A DNA stretch of 64,000 bases from Coniocarpon cinnabarinum (lineage: Eukaryota), in contig JAVECO010000052.1 in NCBI GenBank assembly GCA_051942205.1, positions 62,001 through 126,000 of the forward strand, read 5' to 3'. How positions within the stretch are numbered: the first letter of the stretch is position 1; each line of letters begins with the position of its first letter. Below are positions 1 through 11,748 of this stretch, one piece after another. The notes under the pieces were generated by a model. It was not told the origin of the DNA, ran no database searches, and saw only the letters and a list, made by a program, of their open reading frames with translations. The position numbers and the translations under genes are program-made.

Positions 1-2
1 GC

Positions 3-3000
3 ACTCGTGCCGCAGACAAGCCTGGCTGGTTCCAGTCCTGGCTTGTACCCCAGCTCCAATCCATCACTCGTGCAACATGCACTCACCCAATTCACACCAT
101 CACCATCATCGGCGTTCTTGCCAGCACGGCTTATATTGCACTGCTCGAGAGCTCGCTTTTCGAGCCACCAACCCGCGTGGACTTGCCCGTCGGACACACA
201 GATATCGCAACGTTTCTCGGAGGAAGCAAGACATTACATGCAGGCACGGATACTGAGTGGAAATGGCAAAACAGTGATTTCCTGCAGCCGAGTGTTGGTG
301 ACACTGTAAGCGAGTATCTCATCCGCATCTGACAATTGCTAACATGTTGTAGACGTCTAGCCATAACGCGTTGCTAACGCTTGTTTTCCCGGAGTATAAC
401 AGTGACACTGGCGCGCAATCCGAGATTCCAAAGCAGCATATCATCGCGTCATTCGCTAATGCAAGCTCCGAACTCTTACCATCCTCCAAAAGTTTGCTGT
501 CTCCGATCTCCTCTGAAAGCACGCTTGCGTACTCGGTACCTTACAACGCTGCCGGCGACTTTCTGGCATCGCTGCGAGAGCTCCCAACGCGAAAGGCATT
601 CAAGGGTACCCAAGAGCTCGAGGAAGCTACGGAAAATGGAGAGCCAAAGTGGATCATGACAGCGATGCGATCTCCTGCAGATGGAGCTCAGAGAAGCTTC
701 AAGCGACGAGTCCAAGATGCTTGGACTGCTTTCACTGATGTGCTTAAGGTGAGATGTTTGAAGCAACTTTTCTGATTTCGTGGCGCTCATTAGAACTGTT
801 AGAATGCCGAGGAGCTCGACATTGTGATCATGGTGCTCGGCTATCTCTCTATGCATCTGACATTTGTGTCGCTGTTCATGTCGTTGAGAAAGCTCGGCTC
901 AAATCTCTGGCTGGGCATTACAACGCTGTTGTCGTCGGTTTTTGCGCTTTTGTTCGCGCTGATTGTCACTATCCAGCTTGGTGTGCCTTTGAATATGGTT
1001 CTTCTGTCAGAAGGCTTACCTTTCCTAGTCGTGACCATCGGATTTGAAAAGCCGATCGTGCTGACAAAGGCAGTCCTCTCCGCCTCTTTTGCCCTGAAAC
1101 GCTCATCAGGGGGAGGCAGGAATCAAGCAAATGGTATGCATGATCGTGGACGCGCCAGCAGCTCGTCGCCGCACATTCAATCAGCAATTCAAATCGCTGT
1201 TAAAGAAAAAGGATATGAGATTGTGAAAGACTACGCCATTGAAATTTTGATACTTATAGCCGGAGCAGCGTCCGGTGTTCAAGGAGGCCTTTGTCAGTTC
1301 TGTTTTCTGGCGGCATGGATACTATTTTTCGATTGCATCTTGCTGTTCACGTTTTACACAGCGATCTTGACGGTGAAGCTCGAGGTGAACAGAATCAAAC
1401 GACACGTGGCATTGCGAAGGGCGCTCGAGGAGACAGGCGTCGACCGACAAAATGCCGAAAAGGCTGCCAACGAAGAGTGGCCAAACGCTGATGATATGGA
1501 CCACGTTGAGGCATCATCACGGTCTGCCGAGAGAGCCGTGTTCGGTATGAAGGCTCGAGACAGCAGCGTGTCTAGATTCAAAGTACTTATGGTCTTTGGA
1601 TTTATCGCTATTAATGTGCTCAACTTTTGCACCATCCCGTTTCGAAGTAGCGCGCGGAGTGCGGGATCAGCGCTCTCGAGTGCAGTCACACAGCCTCCAA
1701 TGGACCCGTTTAAAGTGGCCGGAAGTGGACTCGATGTGTTACTGACCGCCGCGAAAAGAAACCGTGTGCCCACGGCTGTCACTGTCCTCACACCAATCAA
1801 ATACGAACTCTCTGATGGGCTTTTGGACGATGTCGGTGATTCAATGTTTGACATGGATCGACTTTTCGATCGTATGGGGGGCAAGATGGTTGAGAGCATG
1901 CTCAAAAGCTTTGAGGACCCTCTCCTTAGCAAGTGGATCATCATTGCATTGGTGATTAGCTTGTTCCTCAACGGTTACCTCTTTAATGCGGCGAGGTGGA
2001 CTATCAAAGAGACGGCTCAGCACGTTACGCAAAATGAGTCTGGCAGTGAGGCGGCAAACGGTCATAGCATCGCTCCCCGACGCAGGGAACCTGAGCTGCG
2101 GGAAGCTGTTCATCAACAAAATGGCGCTCCACCAGAGGCTAACAACAGCGCTCGTGACGAGGCAGCTCCGCAAAGGACGCGTGATGAATGTGTTGCTCTG
2201 CTGAGGCAGGATCGTGCACCAGAGCTGAACGATGACGAATTGATTGATCTGTCTTTAGCGAGGTATATACCACTTCATGGCCTGGAGAAGAAGCTGAAAA
2301 GCACACTGCGTGCGGTCAAGGTACGAAGAGCGGTTGTATCCCGCACGCCCGCTACCACAGACGTCACACAACGACTTGAGCAGTCTTTGTTGCCCTTCAA
2401 GGATTACGACTACGATCGGGTTTTGGGGTCGTGTTGTGAGAATGTAGTTGGGTACTTACCTCTGCCGCTGGGTGTAGCTGGTCCGCTCACTATCGATGGA
2501 AAAAGCTATTTCATCCCGATGGCCACCACCGAGGGCGTTCTCGTCGCAAGTACCAGCCGTGGCGCTAAGGTAATCAACGCTGGAGGTGGTGCGATCACTG
2601 CAGTCACTGGGGACGGCATGACGAGAGGCCCATGTGTTGGCTTCAACACGTTGACGAGAGCAAGTGAAGCCAAATTATGGCTTGACTCAGAGGAAGGTCA
2701 GCGAGTCATCAGGGAAGCTTTCAACTCTACGTCTCGATTCGCTCGACTGCAAACGCTCAAGACCGCGCTAGCGGGAACGTACTTATACATTCGGTTCAAA
2801 ACCACGACCGGTGATGCGATGGGTATGAACATGATTTCGAAGGGCGTCGAAAAAGCTCTGCACGTCATGTCGACCGAGCATGGGTTTGATGACATGGCCA
2901 TAATCACCGTCTCGGGTAACTACTGCACGGACAAGAAACCAGCAGCAATCAACTGGGTGGATGGGCGTGGCAAGAGTGTCGTTGCCGAAGCCATCATCCC

Positions 3001-3540
3001 CGCTGAAGTGGTTAAGAACGATCTTCATAGCGACGTCGATGCCCTGGTCGAGCTCAACATGAGCAAGAATTTGATCGGTAGTGCAATGGCAGGAAGCATT
3101 GGCGGGTTCAATGCGCATGCTGCCAACATTGTCGCAGCTACATTCCTTGCCACTGGGCAGGACCCAGCGCAAGTGGTGGAAAGCAGTCAATGCATTACAG
3201 TCATGAAAAAGTGAGTGACTGACGACTACTTGCGATCAACCGACACACTAACGAAACTAGGTACAAGGGTAACCTCCAAATCTCAGTCTCCCTGCCCTGT
3301 GTAGAAGTCGGCACACTGGGTGGTGGTACCTTGTTAGGCCCGCAATCATCGATGCTCGATCTTCTCGGAGTGCATGGCTCAGATGATGCAAATCCGGGTG
3401 CAAACGCCCGTCAATTAGCCCGCATTATTGCAGCAGCAGTTCTTGCTGGAGAGCTCTCGTTGTGTTCGGCTCTGGCAGCTGGCCATCTCGTGAGAGCGCA
3501 CATGCAACATAACCGGGCGGCCGCACCACCAGCGAACTAA
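3..3540 (+). CDS. HMG1: HMG-CoA reductase (start codon upstream of window); exons <3-305, 353-748, 803-3210, 3261-3540
   Basis: Frame 3 from position 3 gives the HPIH domain ([19 protein letters not shown]). Sterol-sensing domain ([17 protein letters not shown]) and catalytic motifs [43 protein letters not shown] follow. GT-AG introns at 306-352, 749-802 and 3211-3260 keep the frame. Confidence 0.98.
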
Positions 3541-6348
3541 CTTGCTCACTGACAGGTCTGTCACTCGCACTGCGAGGTGACAGACTTTCACGCTGTACCT
3601 ATTATCTAGAGGTTTAGACGTTCAGGCGGCAATCGCGAGCAGTTCATAAAGGGTTTAGAACGGGCGCCACAAAGGCGTCTCACACACAGACTGACTTGTA
3701 CTTCTAAAGCATGACCAGCGGCTAGTTACTTCTGTTTGATACCCAATGTATTACTTTATCCTTACGCTAGATTCGTGTAAAGTTATTGGCTCGAATCCTA
3801 TAGCAAGCGTGCTAGCCTGGACTTAAACCGTAACCAAGAGTGATCAGACCACGACCGCTTTGACTAATCTTGCGCACCCATCTCGCTGACGGGACCATAA
3901 TACTTATGCCTGGATGTTATGACTATTTTACCCCCAGATAATGGCGATGGTCATTATTGTACCGTGAATATTGCCCCTTTGGGAAGCCAGTGATGGTTCA
4001 TTTCTTGCCCTTGATCCTCCAGGATTTTTACCATCACCTCATCTCGTCCATCATATGCCTTTGCCATCATATGCCTTTGTCCAGCGTCCTGTAGTTGTGG
4101 TAAGATCTCCAATGTACATGCATTCTGGGCGTTGCCGGTCATGAAATCATGCCCCTCGACCCCAATGCCTCACATCTGGGGCTAGGCCACGTCTCAAGAC
4201 CTCGGACCCGTCGGATGCTGCACGCAACCTCGCATAATACGCCAGAAGCAAAGTGAATGCCAGCGAACGAGGACACGGTTTCTCCGGCTCATCCGTGCTC
4301 TCGAAAACTGTTCCCAAACTTGCTTTGATGGAACACAAAAGGCCATTTGTCTACATCTTCTGACAGTCTTACTCCTTGGCACGGGCCAGGTGAGACGTCG
4401 TGTTGACGCGTCTTACGTCGTAGATTGGCGAAGTATGCGTGTCCTTTTGCGGCTCGTCGCGAATCGCAATGTAGCTGAGATTCGGGGCCCTGTTCACGGG
4501 CCTTATGCTATCTGCACGGAGTACCACTGTTTATGCTGAATTGACTGCCTTGGTTGCACCTACTTTGCAGGGTTGAATAGACTTGGTTACCGCAGCGAGC
4601 AGTGCCCTCTTTTCGAAGACGCAGCATGGGTTTTAAACTTGGGTTCTGCACCACTTTGGGCGCGATCGATTGCTGTGGCGTCACTGGGGCCTTGGGGATC
4701 GATTGGATTCCCATTTGCATTTGCTGTGACCCAAGTCGGAAGAAGGGCAGCCCAATTAGGTGCTTCGGTACGTGTGGAATACAACGCAAAGACAGTGTCA
4801 TACAGCGGGTTCCAGTGAGCGATGCTTGCAGAAACGACCCTCGGCAAGAAGGAGCTCGTGATGAGTTGCAGCTCTTGCTGCGAACATTTCCCTCTCCGAG
4901 ACCGAGCTTTCTGAGCTGCCCTCTCGAAATACTCTCACACGTCATCGAGCCCGCGGCGTAAAAGGCGGTTAAGGAGGTGTGCATGTGGCGAAGATATTTG
5001 TTAACCTTGGTGCACTGCAGGGCCAACTTTGGGCTGTATATGCGCCATACCATACGCTATCTGGCATTGGCCTCAGTGCATGTGTGCATGCATATTCCGG
5101 TGCTGCGACGACGATAACGACAACAACCACGAGAAGAAGAAGCCGTGAGTCATATTGTTTGATCCTGGCAACCAGGTCGCTTGCTGGCATTTGAGCTGCT
5201 GCAGCTTCGTCATGCGTTACAACAAAGGGGAACATGCTGACTGATTGTACAGGCGCTGGCAACGACACTGGGATCGACCGTTTGAGGTTTTCGACGAAGA
5301 AGACGACAAGCACGATTGCTAGAGCGGAGACTTCTCGTTGCTTTTCACATCCTTCCTTCATACAACCCACCGTCAAGGGACCCAAATTCAAGACAATACG
5401 CTACCAATTTCTCCCTTATCTCTCAGTCGCAAATGGCATAAATGGGCAGAGAGCAAGCCAGCCGGGTTGCACTCTTCGCGATGGCGCATGTACAATCTCT
5501 ATCAACAACGTGTTGCGATGCAAAAGGAGCAAATCTCTCCATTGGTACATATTTTCACTACTCAGCGCAGTGACAGCGCCTCTCAAGACATGACCACATA
5601 CAAATTCATATCACGTACGCATTAGGCTAGCATCGTTACACCTAGTTCCAACGATCCCCTTGGTGAGCATCTCCCAGGCCGATGTACCCTGCAAGCACAA
5701 GCGGGTAAACGTGAGCACTCTCAGCACGTCCATGACAGTCTTAAAGGTGAGGACATAACACTTGATGATTCAACACCAGACACTTGGCTCTCCTAACTTT
5801 TCTTGCGGATAATAGACTATTCATTGAACTTTTTGCTTGTTCTTCCCAAGATGAGACTGTTCTCTTATGCATATCCAACGCCACAGCAGCCAGCCATGAC
5901 AGGTCACGTGCTATCACGTCTCCGTAAAAGCGCTTTAAAAGCGCATCAGTGTCCTATTTTCCCTTCGCTCAAGTCACGCTGTTTGAAATCGCATCGATTA
6001 AGTTTCCTGTGCGTGCTTCTCGGTTGGGGCTTTCGGGATGGCAGTGCATGTCGACGAAGCAAACAACTCGAGCGTTTGCACTGCACCAAGAAATAACAAG
6101 ACGACCCCCCTTCCCACGGCTCTATCTGTTTCGAAGCCAAGGCGCAAGGCATCTCTTCTTGGACATGCGTAGAAAAAGCAAACTTGCAAACGCAGCGCCT
6201 TCGCGCATGCGCCCGAAACTGCCATCGTAATGAAAGAGAATCACGCAGTTGCCTTACTTTCCTTAAATTTTCTTTCCCTTCGCACGCTTTCCTACGTGAT
6301 TGATGGGCAGTACTGCGCACCCATTACTAAAGCCATTTGAACAGCAAA

Positions 6349-6720
6349 ATGTGTACCGTTCTGTTGTACGTCCTCATCTCCTTCCTTTTCTTCCTTTCCT
6401 CCTCTCATCGCCATCTTATTCACTCACCACTGCGCTCGTCCGTTCATCTCAATGTGTTTCGTTACTCCTCTCTTTTCCTCAGTTACAAGGCGACTGACGA
6501 AGTAAGCTGCAACGCATGCGGCCGCATCTCCCTCCACCGATGCGAAATAACGCGCTACCTCACCTTCTCCATCAACCAATGCCGATACCTCTACGCCGCG
6601 TTCTATCCGAGATGTCCTGGGTGTGGGATCCATTACCGGAATCAGCCGAGCCGCCCGAGTGGATGGGCGAGGTATTTCCTGCCTGATTATCTGCACGGGT
6701 ATTGGAGGGGTGGACGTTGA
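6349..6720 (+). CDS. Candidate small Cys-rich (CxxC...CxxC) protein with a possible in-frame intron at 6366-6482
   Basis: ATG in an AAAATG context, donor GTACGT at 6366 and a pyrimidine-rich tract ending CAG at 6482 with matching phase. Product MCTVLFYKATDEVSCNACG...RCPGCG...GGR. Branch site is weak. Confidence 0.35.
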   Translation: MCTVLLYVLISFLFFLSSSHRHLIHSPLRSSVHLNVFRYSSLFLSYKATDEVSCNACGRISLHRCEITRYLTFSINQCRYLYAAFYPRCPGCGIHYRNQPSRPSGWARYFLPDYLHGYWRGGR

Positions 6721-7619
6721 CGTCGATGAATGATGGTGAGCGATGACGAATGATGATGGATGATGATCAAGCGGCTATGTGTGGACGAGGGGAGTCAATG
6801 AGCGGGCAGTGAAGACGTGGTCCCGGCGTGGAAATCGAGGATCGGATGTCACGGCCTGTAGTGACGGTGCAACTTCGAAGAAAGATGCTGTGAGATGGTG
6901 CGGAGACGAGGGAGAATGCGCGAGGCGAGTCGAGAGAGCAGCAAGAGACATTGTGCAGAGAAGAGCCCATCGCAGCACGTCTTGCTTCACGCGCCTGGGG
7001 GGAGATGAACGGGAATCGTAAAGCGTAACTCGTATGCACGTGCGCCCACGGTGCAAATCGAAGATGCAGGCTCTCGGAATGTCAAGAGTCAGCCACAAAA
7101 GACGAGCCCTCCGCAAAGGGACCATGACTGCTGTTCAGCTTCGTGCAGCTGTGAGCAAGAAGTGCTCCACATTAGGCGTTACGATGCCGCTCTTTCTTCT
7201 TTCTTTAATATCCTCTCATATTCTCGACGTTGTTTTTGTATGCTCATTTTCGTTCCTGCTTCCTGTGACCTGCCGTCCTCTCTTTCTTGACGTCTAGATT
7301 TCGATCTCGAAATGGTAAGGCTGATGCTTGTATCTTCTATGACTTTATTATCAGAATTTCTCTTACGTTCTGCGCAATGCGCGATTCTTGGTTCTTGATT
7401 TCCAATCTGCCAGTTCCAGTGTCTAACTCCTGCGTCTCGTCTTCGCATCCTCCAGATGAGGTGAGACAAGGACACCAGAACATTACGAACAATCATAGCG
7501 ACCGGAATGACATACTGTCTTTTAATTTCGGTCTGGACTTAAGCATCAACGCAGGCCACATTGGTGCCCAGGAAGCGCTCTCAGTAAGCTGTACAGTGTC
7601 GATATGCAGCCAGTGTTCT

Positions 7620-7816
7620 CAGTAAAGCGATTATGCTCTCACCGGTATTATAACCACTATAATATAACTATAATGTTTTATAATTGCACCATAGCCACTG
7701 AGAAAAGCGCTTACTAGTTTCTAATGATTATAGGTGGCAACAATAGTGTATATTGAGTAAGTAACGCAGACGGTGCTTCTACCACTACAGTTACTACTAC
7801 GACTACTACTACTGCA

Positions 7817-7857
<41 letters not shown>

Positions 7858-8400
7858 GACTACTACGACAACGACCGCCACTACTGTAGCCGCCTTGAGT
7901 TAACAACTAGGACGACGACGACAACTACGAGAACAACTATGTCCCATCTCTGATTCATTCCCAACTAATTTCCAACTAATATCTGAGTAATTTCGTCCTC
8001 TTCCTACTATCTTAGTAATTAGTCATAACCATAAATATAACTAACTAAAAGATACCATAATCGCATTGTATGATAACCAGTAACCTTACACCTACACCCC
8101 TTATGAAGAGTGATACTTATAATTTATAACGGACTACTAGTCACCGCTTCATTCAGAACACTGCACGCAGCCAAAGCTACGTCTGAAGCTTTTTGCACGT
8201 TGTATAAATCCAGTCTCGTCCTTTACCGATCATTGTTATGGAATAATTGTAAGTACGATTATGACCACTCATGACGAAAAGATAAGGAAAGCTGAGATGT
8301 TAATTACATGACGTTTGCTTAATCATACTCACAACTATCACTACTAGCCATTTACTACTAGCCATTTACTACTAGTCCTTCATTAAGAACATGTGCCATG
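7620..8400. other. AT-rich, TpA-enriched tract, probably a RIP-mutated repeat relic
   Basis: Visibly lower GC than the flanks, many TA dinucleotides, no credible ORF, and a 14-bp unit (ctactagccattta) repeated about 2.5 times at 8341-8376. Confidence 0.5.
7780..7930. repeat. (ACT)n/(ACG)n trinucleotide microsatellite in AT-rich DNA
   Basis: Long run of actactact grading into acgacg repeats. Confidence 0.9.
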
Positions 8401-8969
8401 CGTTTCAAAAGCAGTCGCGTGTCCTAAAAGAGCCATCAGATTCTTTGGAGCAATGCTACACTCATACATGACTGTCTGTTTCTGTTCCCAATTCCCCGCA
8501 AATGACTACGCATCTACAGCGTGGTATGGAACTGAAAGCACAAGAGCGACAGAAGCGGTTCGCTATCGAGTCTCGTATTCTTCGATTTAATTGCGGTGTC
8601 GCTATGGCCGTATATAGGTTCATCCTGCGATCTCAGCACCGCTCCCACGATCTCGGCACCGCTCAGCGTCGAGGCAGATCGGGCTCGTATCGTGCGACTG
8701 ACTCCAAAGCGCACGTAGCCACGACCCCTCAAGCCATTCGTAACCACCACTCACCCTTTGAGCCCAGCTTTTCTGTCGATGACATGACACCGGCGTTGGC
8801 TGAGACAATGCATCAGAACACTGAGAAGTAGCAAAAGCGGCTTCTCAGGCTGAGCCTTCAGCTACCAGCTTGATACCACCTCTTTAATCTAGGCCGTTAC
8901 CCAAACAAGGCGCCAAGACAGAGCTCTCACTAATGAGCATCCCGCCAGCGCGGACGACGCCCAGATCCC

Positions 8970-11305
8970 CTAAGTAAACAAGTCCGAACCATCCAGCGCG
9001 AGCGACCCCGCCGCCGCGTCCGTATAAGGAAACTCCGCACTATGATCCAACATACTCATGAGGGGGTCAAAAACCTCATAATTCCAATCGCCGACACCCT
9101 CTCCAAACATGGACGCCCCCATGGAGAGCATCTGCGAGGGCGCCCCACCCAGAGTCGCGCCACTCGTCAAATCAGGCTGGGTGTGGTCGTCGCCGGCGAG
9201 GGAGTCGACTGCCGGGTGGAGGGAACTCTCACGGAGGGCGTTTTGCTTTTCGAGGGCGGCGATGGTGCCGGCGACGTTGGCGTCTTTGAAGACGAACTGC
9301 TCGCGCCAGCGCCAGACGGAGTCGTAGACGACGCTCAGACTCATGCGGCAGCGGACGCGGAGCTGGAGGGAGTCGTCGATTTCGGAGGGGGGTTCGCGCA
9401 TGCTGGCGCCGTAGCTGCGCCAGAGCTGGGTGAGCACTTCCGCCAGACGAGCAGGGAGGTCGTTGTTGTAGATGCTGGTGGTGCGGATGGCTTTGATGGT
9501 GCGGTTGAAGAGGGCGCGGGCGGCGTCGACGTCCGTGTGCGACTTGAAGAAGCTGTTGAGCAATTTGGCGAGGGTGAAGCCGCCACCTAGGATCATCTGC
9601 ATGATGTACATGCCGACGTAGGGCAGACTGGGGGATTCGAGCGCGGTCTTGAGGAAGACGACGGTGGCGCTGTAGAGCTCGTGGAGGTCTTGTTTGTAGG
9701 TGCGTGTGGAGGGAGAGTCGAAGAAGGCGCAGAGTTTGAGATGCAGCCCGACGGCTTGCAGGTGCAGGTCCAGTAGCGGTGGATGTTGGCCGGCAATTTG
9801 AGCTTCGAGGTCGCGGTAGTCTTCGGAGAGGATGCTGATAAGGGTGGGTCGCTCTTCGTCTCGTGCTAGGCCAATAGGATCGCTGCGGTTCATGTAGCAG
9901 AGGCGAGAGACTTTGTTACAGAGACGCTCGATTTGCAGCCGCCAGTATAGTTCGGAGGGTAGTGTGCTGACGGTGGGAAGCGTGGTCAGGGTGTAGTCCC
10001 ATTGTGAACGAGGTGGCTGGCCCCATCCTGTAGATACACTAGAGTATGCGTGTTAGCATGATGTTCTACAAAGATTTTGTATAGGTGCTGCCCAACGCAC
10101 GTCTGCGAAACAATGTTACAACCGGCCCACGTCATCAGCCTGTCGAGGATGTCGTCCTCCCTGAGATCAAGCTTGACGCGAGAGTATTCTTGCACGTGCG
10201 ACGGACGATGCAGCCCCGTCTGCAACGCAATCTGCATCATGAGACCCGCGAACATGAACGTCGGATCCTTGCTCGACGTCTTGGTCGGCAAAGGCCACGT
10301 GCACAGAAGACACAGAGCTTTAACGACATGGTAATTCTGCGGCACTTCTGCCACAGTACTCCACACAAGAGAAGTCAAAGGCGTGACGAGACCCGTGAGG
10401 AGAGTCTCGTCGTCTTCCCATCGTCGAGCGGCTACGGCAATGACTGTCCAAAACAACAGCTCCGAGTTCTGGAAGAAATGATCTGGTGGCTTCGAGGCAT
10501 CAAGAATGGGGATGAAGGGGTGATAGTGCTCGAAATACACGGTGAACAACGCCTTGATCTGCTCTGCACTCAAGACGACCCTCTGCAACTTTCTACTGTG
10601 AGGCGGATCAGCGGACAACTGCGCCTCGACTTGGGCCGTGACGTTGGTGGTCGAGTGTCGGAGCTCCAACAGGGAATCGGCGGCACCCTGGTGCAGCTCG
10701 CTCAGCGATGGCGCCGAGGACGGCGTCGGCACACCTGTGTTACGACTTGAGTAGCCATTACTCAAACCCTTTGGCTGAGAGGCCGAACCTTGAGGTTCTT
10801 TGTCCGCCAAGCGTTGGCGAAGCTCGTGGATCTCGTTCTCCATCTCCACGTGACGACTTCGCTTGTCGACACGCTTGAAGTTTGCGTCGATGCGGCAGGT
10901 CAGGTTCAGCCGCCGACATCGTGAACAGATGTGGTACTCGGGCTCGATGACCACATCACAGCGCAGCTGTTGAGAGAGATCCGAGGTCAGCCACGTCTCG
11001 TACTCACACCCTCACGATAGCTCCTCTCCCATCTGACAAGACGACGGGCAACCACTCACCTTCTGCTGCCGGCACTCGTTACAAGCACGCTTGGCGACGT
11101 GACTCCTCGTCCGGTCGGCACTGTGCTCTTGATTCTTTTCCTGAGTGGGCGATGCCGGATGCGAGGAGGACGTGGGGGACTCATGGCTGTCGACAGTGCG
11201 CCTGCGCTTTCGGCCGCCGCCAGAGGCAGAGGTGCGCGGGCTGATGGGGGGACGATGGCGTGTGAGCTCTACGTGGTCGGCGCCGTGTCGAGCAGTGGAT
11301 GCCAT
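8970..11305 (-). CDS. leuB: Zn2Cys6 transcription factor, Leu3/LeuB-like; exons 11305-11060, 10966-10101, 10038-8970
   Basis: Spliced motif KRACNECRQQK|LRCD...CSRCRRLNLTC. Fungal TF middle-homology region (YFEHYHPFIPILD; AGLMMQIALQTGLHRP) and Leu3-like C-terminus (RCRMSLSVVYDSVWRWRE). Introns 10967-11059 and 10039-10100 have canonical ends. Orthology is inferred. Confidence 0.85.
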
Positions 11306-11748
11306 GATTATGCATGCCGTGTATGCCGTCGAGGTGGTGACTGCGATACCGGAGCATGGACGCAGCGCCGCTTTTGTAGGGCTGAGTCCATCACGGGACA
11401 TTCATTCATCGTTACTCATCCAGCCAATTTTTCCTACTGCAGCCAAATTATAGACTATACGCTTGTTCGACGGCACTTCGAATATGCAAGTGCGTGCAGA
11501 GTACCCCAAGAGGCGCATGGCCGCGACAAAAGGCGCCGCCATGTCTAAAACACACGCATGTTCATTCCACATGGGCAACGTCTACTCATCAACCCCAAAA
11601 TAAGTCTCAGGGACGTCCAGGCTTCTCATGTACCATACACACATCTCAGATCGAAAGTCGTACATTCGTCAGTCAAACGCCAGCGCTTGAACTTCCCAAC
11701 ATCCAAAGGTCATCAAATCTTCATCATAACAATTCCTATTCGTGCTGC

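Noticed and set aside
824..1400. Azole-resistance substitutions in the HMG1 sterol-sensing domain
   Set aside because: The relevant motifs ([23 protein letters not shown]) look wild type.
3500..3540. HMG1 ends [10 protein letters not shown] without the regulatory Ser of HNRS
   Set aside because: This position varies among fungi (S. cerevisiae also lacks the Ser) and the catalytic His is intact.
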